A stretch of DNA of 64,000 nucleotides from a virus. The position numbers were made by a program, and so were the translations under genes. This document shows, one piece after another, positions 33,306-44,340 of the stretch. The notes beneath the pieces were generated by a model. The model made no database searches and had not been told where the DNA came from. It worked only from the letters and a program-made list of their open reading frames with translations. How positions within the stretch are numbered: position 1 is the stretch's first letter; every line of letters begins with the position of its first letter. The stretch is from the IMG/VR virus record IMGVR_UViG_3300027917_000040, positions 1 through 64,000 of that record. One strand, 5' to 3'.

Positions 33306-36300
33306 ATGCCACAGGAAACTAATTTCAACGTATCTCCATATTTTGATGATTTTGATAGGAATAATAACTATTATCGGGTTTTATTTAAACCTGGTTATCC
33401 TGTCCAGGCAAGAGAATTAACTACTGCTCAATCAATCTTACAAAATCAAATTGAGCAATTTGGGTCAAAGTTTTTTAAAGAAGGGCAGATAGTTGTACCT
33501 GGATCTTTAATTTATGATAATCCAACATATGCAGTCGAAATTGATCCAAGCTACAATGGATTGCCAATTTCTTTATATTTCAATTCTTTAATTGGAAAAA
33601 AAATTAAAGGATTAAGTAGTGGTGTTACCGCAGAAATTTTTGCATTACTAGACGAATCTGTATCCGAAAGAGGCAATAATACATTATACGTTAAGTATCT
33701 TGAGAGTGGTGGTGAAGATTTAACTATAAAAAGGTTCCAGGATGGAGAAACATTAATTGCTATTGATTCAATAACTTATGGAACAAATAATAAATTTTCA
33801 ATTCAAATAAATCAAGGAATTTGCAATACAATTTCATCAAATTCTACCAGTGAAGGAAGTGTAATATCAATATCTGAAGGTGTTTGTTTCACTAGAGGAT
33901 TGTTCGTTAATTTCAACAAGCAAACTTTAATATTAGATCAGTATAGTGTTGAACCTTCATATAAAATTGGATTTGATATTGTAGAAAGAGTTGTAACTTC
34001 AGATGAAGATGAATCATTATACGATAATGCTAGAAATTTTTCTAACTTTACAGCACCAGGGGCAGATAGATTAAGAGTAGAATTATTTTTAGCGAAAAAA
34101 GATTTAGAAAGTATAGAAAATGATAGTTTCATCGAATTGATGAAAGTAGTTGACGGCATACCTTTATTTTCAGACTCAACTTCAGATAAATCCGATGTAA
34201 TTAATACTGCAAAAACGGAAACATCAAGAGCGATATCTGATATTAGTGGTGACTTTTTTGTTAAGTCATTTGATGTATATGTAAGAGATAGTTTGAATGA
34301 TGGATTATTGAATAATGGTATATTTTTTGAGGATCAATCAACAGTTGCTGGAAATACTCCCACGGAAGATAAAATAGTTTATCAAATAGGTCCAGGAAAA
34401 GCATATATTAATGGATTTGTAGTAGAAACAACATCGGCAAGAATTTTAGATGCTTCAAAACCAAGATCTAGTGATACATGTACGAAAGAAGTTGTATCTT
34501 ATAATGCAGGCGCTTTATATGTTCTGAATAACACTTATGGTTCTGCAAATATTGGACTTTCAACAAACGCTGTTGTAAGTCTTATGAATGAGCGAATTGG
34601 AGATGATGCTCATGTTGCAGCAGGAACTACAATTGGATTGGCAAGAGTTTATGACTATGTTCCAGAATCCGAATATGAAGATGATTTGAGTAGAATGCAT
34701 CTGAGATTATTTGATGCACAAACATTTACAGAATTAGAGTTTGCTAAACCAGTTGTTGTTGAAAGACCTTCTTACTTTAAAGGCAAAAAAACTGGTGCAA
34801 GTGCATATGCTTATGATACATTTTCAGAAGTAACAGATATACAAAATATTGTATTTTCAGATAGTGTTGGTATTAGTACAATATTGTTTGAATTTGATAA
34901 GTTAGGAACTGGTAGCGTTGGTGTCGCCACTATTGGTTTGGGCGATAATACGCCAATAGAAAGTGGAATTAACAATGGTGATTTTATCTATATTGATGGA
35001 ACTGGAATTCGAGAACTTGATTTTTCAACAGCAGGAAGATTTCAAGTATCTAATATAGGTGTTACAACTTCTGGTGATTTTGAAATCAGTTTACAATCTT
35101 ATCCAGATATAACAGGTGCAACCCTAAATTCACCATTCCAAAATGGTTATCAAATTGAAAATCTAGGATCCGTTGTAAATGTATCAGTTGCAGCTACTAT
35201 AAACTCCACATCCCATGGTTTAACTCCTGGTAAAAAAATAGTCATAAGAGAAACTTCAAATAATAAATTTAATAAGTCTTGGGTAGTTGACCAAGTTTTT
35301 GATGCGAATACATTTAGTTTAGTAGGTGTAACTGCTGAGAATTATTTTGAAGGTTTTGTTTCATCTATTGGAGGAGAACATCTTACACTTCTCGATAAAG
35401 TAACTCTTTATGAAGTAAGCGGACAATTTGCAAAAGGAGAACAAATAAACATTAATGGTATTGATGATGGTAGATTAATTACAGACATTGTTGATTATGA
35501 TCTTAATGATGTAAAATCAATTTTTTCTGATAAAATTGGAATATCAACTTTTAATGGTGATGTAGTTCTTGAAAGAACTTCTTCTTTGGCACCTCCAGGA
35601 ACATTATTTGAAATTACACCCGCAATTGATACGGCAGGAAATCCAATCGGCGTTTCTACAATATTTGTAACTTCTCAAACAAAAATAACAAGTAATTTAA
35701 AGGTTGGGGATATTATAAGTTGGCCAGATGAGACAAAACCATTGAATTCTGATGGATCTTTCTCACCAACATTTAATAGAGTTACTAGTATCAATCCAAA
35801 TGGAAAAGAATTTCAAGTTGGAGCGGTTTCTACGGTAACAAATTATGTAAATGGTGGTCTTTATGATGGCGGTGAGGGTGGGTTCTCTAATAACTCCCAG
35901 AGAACTAACGTAAATAAAGTTTCTAATGCTGTATATGGTTCTCCCGATGATGAATCTTTATTAGTTAGTTTTAATAATACAGTTTTATCTTCTGTAGATT
36001 TAGAAAATAATCAAATACTACAAAGAAGATTATTTAAAAATATTGGTTATTCTCAAAACACATTAGAAATAACAATTGACCCTGCTGAAGATAGCATTTT
36101 CTTTGCATCTTTTGATGAAGACAGATATGTAATAACATATCAAGATGGAAGAATAGAGACAATAAGATTTGATAGATTTAATATTTCCGGAGATGGAAAA
36201 ACTGCAACATTTATTGATTTAAGACAATGTGATCCATCTGGTTCTGGATTTGCAGATGTAATTGCGACTGTAGATAATTTTAAACCAAATTCTAAAATTA

Positions 36301-39300
36301 AGAACTTCAATTCGGCTTCCGTATTAACAGTTAACAGATCTAAATTAAAGTCTTCCGGTACTGGAGAAGGTACTTTAAATGATGGATTAACATATAGTAA
36401 TGTTTATGGAACGAGAGTTCAAGATGAGATAATTTCATTAAATGTACCAGATTGTATAAGAGTTATCGGAGTATTTGAATCTTCAAATACCTTAGAAGCA
36501 TCTCTTCCAAATGTTCAGTTAATAGGATCAACAAATATCAACTTCCTTGAAGGAGAACATATCAAAGGATCTACTAGTGGTGCAATTGCAGTTTTAGTTA
36601 AGAAAAAGAATAGTGATATTTTAGAATATGTTTACCTAAATTCAAAAACATTTGAAATAAATGAAACAATAACTGGTAAAGAAAGTTCAGCTTCTGCTAC
36701 CATAAATTCTATCGCAATTGGGGATAAAAATATTACTCAAAATTATTCCTTTGATGATGGGCAAAGATCTCAATTCTATGATTATTCAAGAATTGTAAGG
36801 GCAAGAAATGTAGAACCACCTAAAGGAAAATTAAAAATAGTTTTCCAAAATTATGAAGTAAAACCAACAGATAATGGGGAATATTTTACTGTAAATAGTT
36901 ATCCAAACAGAAACTATAAGCATGATGTTTTATCTTATGATGGTAAAAGATTAACAGATTATGTAGATATTAGACCAAGAGTTAATAAATACAATTTATC
37001 ATCACAAAAATCACCATTTGAATTTGGACAAAGAGACTTTAGTGGTCAAGGACAATCATCAACTTATACTTTAGCTCCTGGTGAAAATTTAAATGTTTGC
37101 TACAAATATTATGTTGGAAGAATTGATAAAGTTATTTTAAATCCAAATGGAGAATTTTCAGTTCTCGAAGGTATTCCATCTATTGATCCTAAAGAACCAA
37201 CAGAACCAGATGGATCTTTAGTTATTGCAACGGTAAATATACCTCCATATCTCTTCAACGTTAGTTCTGTCGAAGTTGATGTCGAAAGTCATAGAACATA
37301 TTCAATGAGAGATATTGCTTCACTTGAAGATAGAATTAAACGACTTGAAGAATTTGTTGTTCTTAATACTTTAGAGGTAAAAACTGAGAATCTAAAACTT
37401 ACTGATGCTGAAACTGGATTAGATAGATTAAAGTGTGGATTTTTTGTTGATACATTTGCAAATACAAATCTTCATGATGAAGAGGATCCAGAATATAAAA
37501 TTGCAATTGATGATGAAACCAATGTTTTAAGACCAACTCATTATACGACAGCAATTGACATGCAGTTGGGATCTGAAGTTATTGCTGGAGTTGGCGCTAC
37601 ATTTGAACAATTCAAAGATCACGATTTTGTTACAGATTTGGGGTCTAATGGCATAAGAAAAACGGGCGATCTCATTACATTAAATTATGAAGATGTTGAA
37701 TATTTCCAGCAACCGTATGCAACAAGAACAGAAAGCGTTACACCATTCTTAGTCAAATACTGGACTGGAAGTATAGATTTAAGACCTCCATCCGATAGTT
37801 GGATTGAAGAAAGAGAGGAAGTTAACCGATCTTTTAATACGGAAGTAGAAACACTTCCAAGACTTCCAGATATTAACATTGTAAGAGTTAATAATGTAAC
37901 TAGAACTAGAAGAGTCTTTAGAAACAGAGTTGTAGTACAAAGAGGCATTTGGAGAAGAAGATGGATTACTTCAAGAGGTACTTGGTGGAGACGTGGAAGA
38001 TGGTTGGGAACGAGAAGAAGAAACTGGACGAACAGTAGATTATGGAACAGAAGCACAAGAGGATTGTCATCTAGTATTAGACGTGTCAATGGTAGACAAG
38101 TAGTACAATTTAGAGCAATAAGAGGTAGACTATCGGATGCAGATGCATCTTGGTTGAGAAGAGTTTTACCTAGAGATGTTGCTGATGGTTTTATAACTCA
38201 AATTAGGACAAGAAGCAGCAATAGAGCAGTATTCTTACAATTTGCTCCAGGTGTAGGAAGAGATGTTTTAAGAACGACCACAACTACTTCAACTAGTGTA
38301 AGAACCTCATCAAATACAGTAACAACTACAATACCACCTGAAATTAATGTTTCAGAAACTGTATCCGAAACATCTTCTAACTTTACAGAACCAACAAGGT
38401 TCTTGAGAAGCAGAAATATTGAGTTTGATGTAAAAGGATTACGCCCCAGAACAAGATTTTATCCTTTCTTTGAAGGTATCGATGTAAAAAATTACATCAT
38501 ACCAAAACTTCTTGAAGTAGAAATGATTCAAGGAAGATTTGAGATAGGCGAAACTGTAGAAAGTGATCCACAATTTACTTCTAAAAAAATTAGATTTAGA
38601 CTTTGTAGACCTGATCACAAAACTGGACCATCTGTGAACCCAGAAGAAACATTTACAACAATTCCTTACAGACAGACAGAACCTCCTGAAAATTATACAG
38701 AATCTTCTGATTATTTAAATGTAGACACAAGATCACTTCAATTAAATTCTGAGGTTGATTTTTATGGTGAAGTTGCAGTAAATATGAAGATTATCGGTAA
38801 GACATCGGGAGCAGTAGCAAGAATTAATAGCATTAGATTAGTTTCCGATAATGGTGGAAGATTGATTGGAAGTTTGTTCATCCCAGACTCAAAAATACAA
38901 GGAAATCCATCTTGGACAAATGGTGATAATACATTTACTGTTATTGATACGCCTTCGTTGTCTGAAGCCGCTTCTGGCGATGACAACGTTGTAAGTGAGA
39001 GTTCAGCAGAAGAAGAGTTTACTTCAAGTTCTACTACTAATGTTACAGTAAGAAATATTCTTACTACAAGAAATATTAGAATTAGACCTGCTAGAAATAT
39101 TAATACAACAACAGTCACAAATATAAGAACAAATACCACCACTACGACAAGAAATCGTATCCGCAGAAGAACTGGAAGAATTGTAAGAAGATGGGAAGTT
39201 AGAGATCCATTAGCACAGTCGTTCTTCGTAAAAGACGAGACGGGAATATTCCTGACAGGTGTAGACGTTTATTTTGAAACAAAAGATGAATCTAATCTTC

Positions 39301-41765
39301 CAGTAACACTTCAACTTCGTGCAATGGAAAATGGAATACCAACAACAACAGTATTCCCATTCTCTGAAGTTACTTTAACACCGGATGAAATAAATCTTTC
39401 TACTGATGGAAGCGTTCCAACTAGATTTACTTTCCAGTCTCCAGTTTACCTTTCTGGACCACAAGGTCAGCAAGTAAGAGGGGCACCTATAGGAAGTGAG
39501 GCAACTGCTGAATATGCAGTCGTATTACTTTCAAATAGTTCAAATTATAGAGTTTTCATAAGTAGACTTGGTGAAAATGATATTATTACAAACATTAGGG
39601 TTGGTTCTCAACCTACTCTCGGAAGTTTGTTTAAATCTCAAAATGGATCAACTTGGACTCCATCCCAACTTGAAGACTTGAAATATAAACTTTACAGAGC
39701 AGATTTTGTTGATCAAGGTGTTGTAAGATATTATAATCCAATTCTTGCATTAAAAAATGAGAAGGTAACTGTTCTTGGACCAAATCAAATTACTACTTTA
39801 GATCAAAGAGCAATTATTAAACTAACAGAAGGGTCTGACATTAAGTCGGAAGTTACTCCAGGATCAACAATTATACAGAAAGATAATGCTCAAGGAAAAC
39901 TAGTTTCTATTGGAGGAAGCATTTCTCCGGGATTGGGAGTAACAATATCAAATGTTGGGTCTGGTTACACAAATGGAACATTTACAAATGGTGGAACTGG
40001 ATTTGAACTTATCACTTTAACTGGAAATGGTTCTGGTGCAAAAGCAAATATTACTGTAACTAATGGATCTATTAGTGATGTTAGTATTGTAACTGGAGGA
40101 TTTGGTTATGTTGAAGGCGATGTTCTTAGATTGCCTCCAATAGGACAAAACGTTGGATTCGGTGGTCAGGTTATAGTTGATAATATTTCACTGAAAAACA
40201 CATTAATTATTGATAACATTGTAAAGGGACCAAAACCTGGAGATAGTGCATCATTCTTCAACGACAAAATTATGTTCTTTGTAAATGCAGGAATTCAAAC
40301 ATATGTTGGATTTAGCTCATTTACATCATTACCTTCAAAATCAGAACTTGTAGTCTTTGACAATATTAATGATGGTCTTCATTTTAAAATTGATGCGGTT
40401 AACCACGGAATGCATTCATCTCAAAATTATGTAAGAATTAGTAATGTTAGACCTGAAGAAGATGAGCCAAACACATTATTAACTTCATCAATAACAAATA
40501 CTGAAACAAGTGTAATAAATGTTGAGAGTACTAGTGGATTTGAAACTTTTGAAGGATTACCTGTCAGCGGTGAAAATCCGGGATACATTATTATTGGTGA
40601 TGAAGTTGTTGGATATACAACTTTTACATCAACAAGTCTCGGTGCTGGAACTCCAACAATTACTAGAGGTGTTATTGGAGAATCTCAATCTTATGATGCA
40701 GGTACACCAATATACAGATATGAATTTAATGGAATTTCTCTAAGAAGAATTAACAAAATTCATTCACTATCAATCGTTGATCAAGATGTCCATTCAACAA
40801 AATTAAATTCTTTCTACGTTAAAATAGAAACTGGAAATAATGATTTTGAAGGTAATGAAATTGGAAGAAATAGACCAGATAATTTGGTATTTAACAGAAA
40901 TGCAACTTTAGGAGACGCAGGTGCAATTGTATCAACAAATATTAATTTTGATATATTAACACCCAATTTTGCAACTATTAAACCAGCACAAACTTCAATA
41001 AAGTCCCAAGTAAGAACATATTCTGGAACTAGTATTGATGGAAATGAAACTTCTTTCGTAGATCAAGGTTATACCGAGATGAGTTTAGAGGAACCAACAG
41101 TATTCTCAAATCCTAGAATTATTGGTTCTAAAGTTAATGAATTAAGAAATATTGAAGACTCTCCCGGAAATCGGAGTTTAACGATGGAATTTAATCTTGA
41201 AACTGAAGATAGTAGAGTTTCTCCAGTTATTGATGATATAACAACTGGTGCTATTTTAACCTCTAACTTAATTAATGCTCCTGCCGGAATTGGAGATGAT
41301 TCCAGATTTGCGGATGTTGAATATATTAGAGGAGGAGACGATGAACATGAGGCAATTTACATATCAAAACCAATATCACTTAAGTTGCCAGCTAATTCAA
41401 TTAAAGTATTTTTAAATGCTGCCAGAACTGAAAATAATGATCTTAGAGTTTTATATAAACTCATAAGAGAAGATGGATCTGAATTTAATTCAAACTTTGA
41501 ACCATTCCCAGGATATGCAAATTATAAAACTGGCTCATCTGGATTACTTGAAGTTATCGATCCATCAAAAAATGACGGATCTTCTGATACAAATATTTCG
41601 ATAAATTCAAATACAAATTATCAAGAGTATGAATATACAATCGATAATTTACCAGAATTTACACAATTTGCAATAAAAATAATATTTGCATCTAAAAATC
41701 AGTCAGAACCTCCAATAGTTAAAGCATTAAGAGCTATAGCAACACTTAAACCATCTTTACAATGA
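33306..41765 (+). CDS. VrlC-like (DUF4815) large virion structural protein (2819 aa)
   Basis: PYFDDFD, LFKPG.PVQAREL, APGADR, GFFVD.F, DPLAQSF and GSLFKSQNG motifs. Confidence 0.85.
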   Translation: MPQETNFNVSPYFDDFDRNNNYYRVLFKPGYPVQARELTTAQSILQNQIEQFGSKFFKEGQIVVPGSLIYDNPTYAVEIDPSYNGLPISLYFNSLIGKKIKGLSSGVTAEIFALLDESVSERGNNTLYVKYLESGGEDLTIKRFQDGETLIAIDSITYGTNNKFSIQINQGICNTISSNSTSEGSVISISEGVCFTRGLFVNFNKQTLILDQYSVEPSYKIGFDIVERVVTSDEDESLYDNARNFSNFTAPGADRLRVELFLAKKDLESIENDSFIELMKVVDGIPLFSDSTSDKSDVINTAKTETSRAISDISGDFFVKSFDVYVRDSLNDGLLNNGIFFEDQSTVAGNTPTEDKIVYQIGPGKAYINGFVVETTSARILDASKPRSSDTCTKEVVSYNAGALYVLNNTYGSANIGLSTNAVVSLMNERIGDDAHVAAGTTIGLARVYDYVPESEYEDDLSRMHLRLFDAQTFTELEFAKPVVVERPSYFKGKKTGASAYAYDTFSEVTDIQNIVFSDSVGISTILFEFDKLGTGSVGVATIGLGDNTPIESGINNGDFIYIDGTGIRELDFSTAGRFQVSNIGVTTSGDFEISLQSYPDITGATLNSPFQNGYQIENLGSVVNVSVAATINSTSHGLTPGKKIVIRETSNNKFNKSWVVDQVFDANTFSLVGVTAENYFEGFVSSIGGEHLTLLDKVTLYEVSGQFAKGEQININGIDDGRLITDIVDYDLNDVKSIFSDKIGISTFNGDVVLERTSSLAPPGTLFEITPAIDTAGNPIGVSTIFVTSQTKITSNLKVGDIISWPDETKPLNSDGSFSPTFNRVTSINPNGKEFQVGAVSTVTNYVNGGLYDGGEGGFSNNSQRTNVNKVSNAVYGSPDDESLLVSFNNTVLSSVDLENNQILQRRLFKNIGYSQNTLEITIDPAEDSIFFASFDEDRYVITYQDGRIETIRFDRFNISGDGKTATFIDLRQCDPSGSGFADVIATVDNFKPNSKIKNFNSASVLTVNRSKLKSSGTGEGTLNDGLTYSNVYGTRVQDEIISLNVPDCIRVIGVFESSNTLEASLPNVQLIGSTNINFLEGEHIKGSTSGAIAVLVKKKNSDILEYVYLNSKTFEINETITGKESSASATINSIAIGDKNITQNYSFDDGQRSQFYDYSRIVRARNVEPPKGKLKIVFQNYEVKPTDNGEYFTVNSYPNRNYKHDVLSYDGKRLTDYVDIRPRVNKYNLSSQKSPFEFGQRDFSGQGQSSTYTLAPGENLNVCYKYYVGRIDKVILNPNGEFSVLEGIPSIDPKEPTEPDGSLVIATVNIPPYLFNVSSVEVDVESHRTYSMRDIASLEDRIKRLEEFVVLNTLEVKTENLKLTDAETGLDRLKCGFFVDTFANTNLHDEEDPEYKIAIDDETNVLRPTHYTTAIDMQLGSEVIAGVGATFEQFKDHDFVTDLGSNGIRKTGDLITLNYEDVEYFQQPYATRTESVTPFLVKYWTGSIDLRPPSDSWIEEREEVNRSFNTEVETLPRLPDINIVRVNNVTRTRRVFRNRVVVQRGIWRRRWITSRGTWWRRGRWLGTRRRNWTNSRLWNRSTRGLSSSIRRVNGRQVVQFRAIRGRLSDADASWLRRVLPRDVADGFITQIRTRSSNRAVFLQFAPGVGRDVLRTTTTTSTSVRTSSNTVTTTIPPEINVSETVSETSSNFTEPTRFLRSRNIEFDVKGLRPRTRFYPFFEGIDVKNYIIPKLLEVEMIQGRFEIGETVESDPQFTSKKIRFRLCRPDHKTGPSVNPEETFTTIPYRQTEPPENYTESSDYLNVDTRSLQLNSEVDFYGEVAVNMKIIGKTSGAVARINSIRLVSDNGGRLIGSLFIPDSKIQGNPSWTNGDNTFTVIDTPSLSEAASGDDNVVSESSAEEEFTSSSTTNVTVRNILTTRNIRIRPARNINTTTVTNIRTNTTTTTRNRIRRRTGRIVRRWEVRDPLAQSFFVKDETGIFLTGVDVYFETKDESNLPVTLQLRAMENGIPTTTVFPFSEVTLTPDEINLSTDGSVPTRFTFQSPVYLSGPQGQQVRGAPIGSEATAEYAVVLLSNSSNYRVFISRLGENDIITNIRVGSQPTLGSLFKSQNGSTWTPSQLEDLKYKLYRADFVDQGVVRYYNPILALKNEKVTVLGPNQITTLDQRAIIKLTEGSDIKSEVTPGSTIIQKDNAQGKLVSIGGSISPGLGVTISNVGSGYTNGTFTNGGTGFELITLTGNGSGAKANITVTNGSISDVSIVTGGFGYVEGDVLRLPPIGQNVGFGGQVIVDNISLKNTLIIDNIVKGPKPGDSASFFNDKIMFFVNAGIQTYVGFSSFTSLPSKSELVVFDNINDGLHFKIDAVNHGMHSSQNYVRISNVRPEEDEPNTLLTSSITNTETSVINVESTSGFETFEGLPVSGENPGYIIIGDEVVGYTTFTSTSLGAGTPTITRGVIGESQSYDAGTPIYRYEFNGISLRRINKIHSLSIVDQDVHSTKLNSFYVKIETGNNDFEGNEIGRNRPDNLVFNRNATLGDAGAIVSTNINFDILTPNFATIKPAQTSIKSQVRTYSGTSIDGNETSFVDQGYTEMSLEEPTVFSNPRIIGSKVNELRNIEDSPGNRSLTMEFNLETEDSRVSPVIDDITTGAILTSNLINAPAGIGDDSRFADVEYIRGGDDEHEAIYISKPISLKLPANSIKVFLNAARTENNDLRVLYKLIREDGSEFNSNFEPFPGYANYKTGSSGLLEVIDPSKNDGSSDTNISINSNTNYQEYEYTIDNLPEFTQFAIKIIFASKNQSEPPIVKALRAIATLKPSLQ

Positions 41766-41766
41766 T

Positions 41767-42030
41767 ATGGAAGATCAATTTAGAATTTATGAGGAATATG
41801 ATGATGAGGATTACCAAAAAGTAGAAGGTAATCCTCATCTTTTAAAGGAAAAAAATACAGGAGCTGTAGTAAATATAGATCAACAACAATATGATTCATA
41901 CATCAAAAATTATAAAAAAATTTACAATGAAAAGAAAATAATTAAAAATTTTGAAAATGAAATGAATGAAATGAAAAATGACATAAATGAAATCAAAGAT
42001 TTGTTAAGATCTTTGATGCAAAATAAATAG
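41767..42030 (+). CDS. Small coiled-coil hypothetical protein (KVEG.P.L....TGAVVN)
   Basis: ORF track; lies just upstream of gp13. Confidence 0.75.
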   Translation: MEDQFRIYEEYDDEDYQKVEGNPHLLKEKNTGAVVNIDQQQYDSYIKNYKKIYNEKKIIKNFENEMNEMKNDINEIKDLLRSLMQNK

Positions 42031-42053
42031 TAGTATAGGAACCATAAAATCAA

Positions 42054-42872
42054 ATGGCACAACCAGCTACAAGAGAAGAATTTATTGATTATTGCTTGAG
42101 AAAACTTGGTGCTCCTGTTCTTGAGATTAACGTTGCTGAGGAGCAGATCGAGGATCTTGTAGATGATGCTTTACAACTTTTTAATGAAAGGTGTTATGAC
42201 GGTTCATACTCAACATTTTTAAAGTATCAAGTAACACAGGATGATATTGATAGGGGATTAGCAAGACCACCTTCTGGTGTAGGAATATCAACATATTCAG
42301 AAAGCACATATGATTATCATGAAAACTCAAATTACATTCCCCTACCTCCTCAAGTTTTAGGTGTAAGAAGAATATTTAAGTTTGAAGGCGAAAACTCCAT
42401 ATCTTCGGGAATGTTCAGTGTTAAATATCAGTTGTTTTTAAATGATGTTTATCATTGGGGTTCTCTAGATCTTTTAACATATGCAATGACAAAATCATAT
42501 CTTTCCGACATTGATTTTCTTCTTACGACTCAAAAACAGATTCGTTTTAATAAAAGACAAGGAAGATTGTATTTGGATGTTGACTATAATCAACTTTCCG
42601 CAGGAAATTACTTAATTATTGATTGCGATAGGTTAATGAACCCCGCAGATTATTCATTAGTTTGGAATGATAATTTTTTAAAGCAGTACGCAACTTCATT
42701 GATTAAGCGTCAATGGGGACAAAATCTGATTAAGTTCCAAGGTGTAAAACTTCCAGGTGGACTTGAATTTAATGGAAGAACTCTTTATGAAGATGCTCAA
42801 CGTGAAATAGATGCTCTTATGGATAAGATGTCTTCTACATACGAACTCCCACCACTAGACATGATTGGATAA
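42054..42872 (+). CDS. gp13: Neck protein gp13
   Basis: YCLRKLGAPVLEINV and K.QWGQNL.KF.GV.LPGG motifs. Confidence 0.95.
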   Translation: MAQPATREEFIDYCLRKLGAPVLEINVAEEQIEDLVDDALQLFNERCYDGSYSTFLKYQVTQDDIDRGLARPPSGVGISTYSESTYDYHENSNYIPLPPQVLGVRRIFKFEGENSISSGMFSVKYQLFLNDVYHWGSLDLLTYAMTKSYLSDIDFLLTTQKQIRFNKRQGRLYLDVDYNQLSAGNYLIIDCDRLMNPADYSLVWNDNFLKQYATSLIKRQWGQNLIKFQGVKLPGGLEFNGRTLYEDAQREIDALMDKMSSTYELPPLDMIG

Positions 42873-42873
42873 T

Positions 42874-44340
42874 ATGTTAAATCCATTTTTTCTCAACGGC
42901 AGCAAATCAGAACAGGGTCTTATACAGGATCTAGTCAACGAACAGTTGAGGATGTATGGTGTCGATGTTTATTATATACCTAGATTTTTCTTAAAGGAAG
43001 ATACTATTGTTAGGGAAGTTGTAGATTCCGAATTTGAAAACGCATATCCTATTGAGGCATATGTAAGTGATTATGAAGGATATGGAGGACAGGGAACTAT
43101 ATTATCTAAGTTTGGTCTTCAAGATATGGATGACTTAACTTTAGTTATTTCTAGAGAAAGATTTGAAACTTATATTACACCATTAATTAAAAATCTTCCA
43201 ACTATAAAAGTTTCAGATAGACCAAAAGAAGGAGATTTGATTTGGTTCCCATTGGGAGATAGATTATTTGAAATTAAGTTTGTTGAACATGAAAAACCAT
43301 TCTATCAACTCAGAAAGAATTATGTCTATGAACTTAGATGTGAACTTTACAGACCAGAGTCTGGAGAGGTTCTTGATACTGGAATAAACTACATTGATGA
43401 TAACTTAATTGATCAATCGTATATCCAAACATTACAGATGGTTGGAGCAGGAGTAACTGCTCTTGCTGTTACGGGTAGATGTGCTACTGGTGGAATTAGA
43501 CTTATTGAAGTTATTAGTATGGGAAATGGATATACATCTAATCCTGATGTTAATATCTCACAAGCACCTGCAGGAGGTATAACTGCAATAGCAACAGCAA
43601 CTTTACAAAAAAATCTTCCCGATTTCTGCGAACCAAATAAAGATCTGTCTAAAGTTACTGAAATTAATTTAATAGATCCCGGATGTGGATACAGAAAAAC
43701 AACATCCACAGACTTTTTAGAGGTTGAAGATACAACACCTATAGTTTCAATCTCTGGAGGAGGTGGTCAAGGTGCTGCCGGAATAGCATCTCTAGCAAAT
43801 GGAACGATAGGAATAGTTACGATTACAAATCCGGGTTCTGGATATGTAATTAGACCAAGTGTAACATTTATAGGTGGCGGAGGAGTTGGTGCTGCTGCAA
43901 CTGTGAGACTTACTCAGAGTGGTGCTATTAGTGCAATTTACATTACAGACGCTGGCACAGGATATACATCACCGCCAACAATTGTAATTAGTGATCCAGT
44001 TGATGCTGGTATAGGAACGTATAAATTTAACGAAGTTGTCGTTGGAACCATAAGTAGTACAACAGCAAGAGTTAAAAGATGGAATGTTAAATCCTACATT
44101 CTTGAAGTTGGATCTCTTAGTGGAAGTTTTACAGAAGGGGATATTTTAGTTGGACAAGACTCTGGTGCTAGATATCCAATAAGGATTATAAATACAGATA
44201 ATTTGGAAGATCCACAATCTCTCAAACCTCTTAGTACTCCCGAAAATGAAGAGGACAAGCAAGGTGATAATAGAGATATTCAAATTGAAGCTTCTGAAAC
44301 TTTAGATCAATCAGAAACAAATCCATTCGGAATACCATAA
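42874..44340 (+). CDS. gp14: Neck protein gp14 with a C-terminal extension
   Basis: RPKEGDLI.FP, LFEIKFVEHE.PFYQL and NPFG end. Confidence 0.92.
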   Translation: MLNPFFLNGSKSEQGLIQDLVNEQLRMYGVDVYYIPRFFLKEDTIVREVVDSEFENAYPIEAYVSDYEGYGGQGTILSKFGLQDMDDLTLVISRERFETYITPLIKNLPTIKVSDRPKEGDLIWFPLGDRLFEIKFVEHEKPFYQLRKNYVYELRCELYRPESGEVLDTGINYIDDNLIDQSYIQTLQMVGAGVTALAVTGRCATGGIRLIEVISMGNGYTSNPDVNISQAPAGGITAIATATLQKNLPDFCEPNKDLSKVTEINLIDPGCGYRKTTSTDFLEVEDTTPIVSISGGGGQGAAGIASLANGTIGIVTITNPGSGYVIRPSVTFIGGGGVGAAATVRLTQSGAISAIYITDAGTGYTSPPTIVISDPVDAGIGTYKFNEVVVGTISSTTARVKRWNVKSYILEVGSLSGSFTEGDILVGQDSGARYPIRIINTDNLEDPQSLKPLSTPENEEDKQGDNRDIQIEASETLDQSETNPFGIP

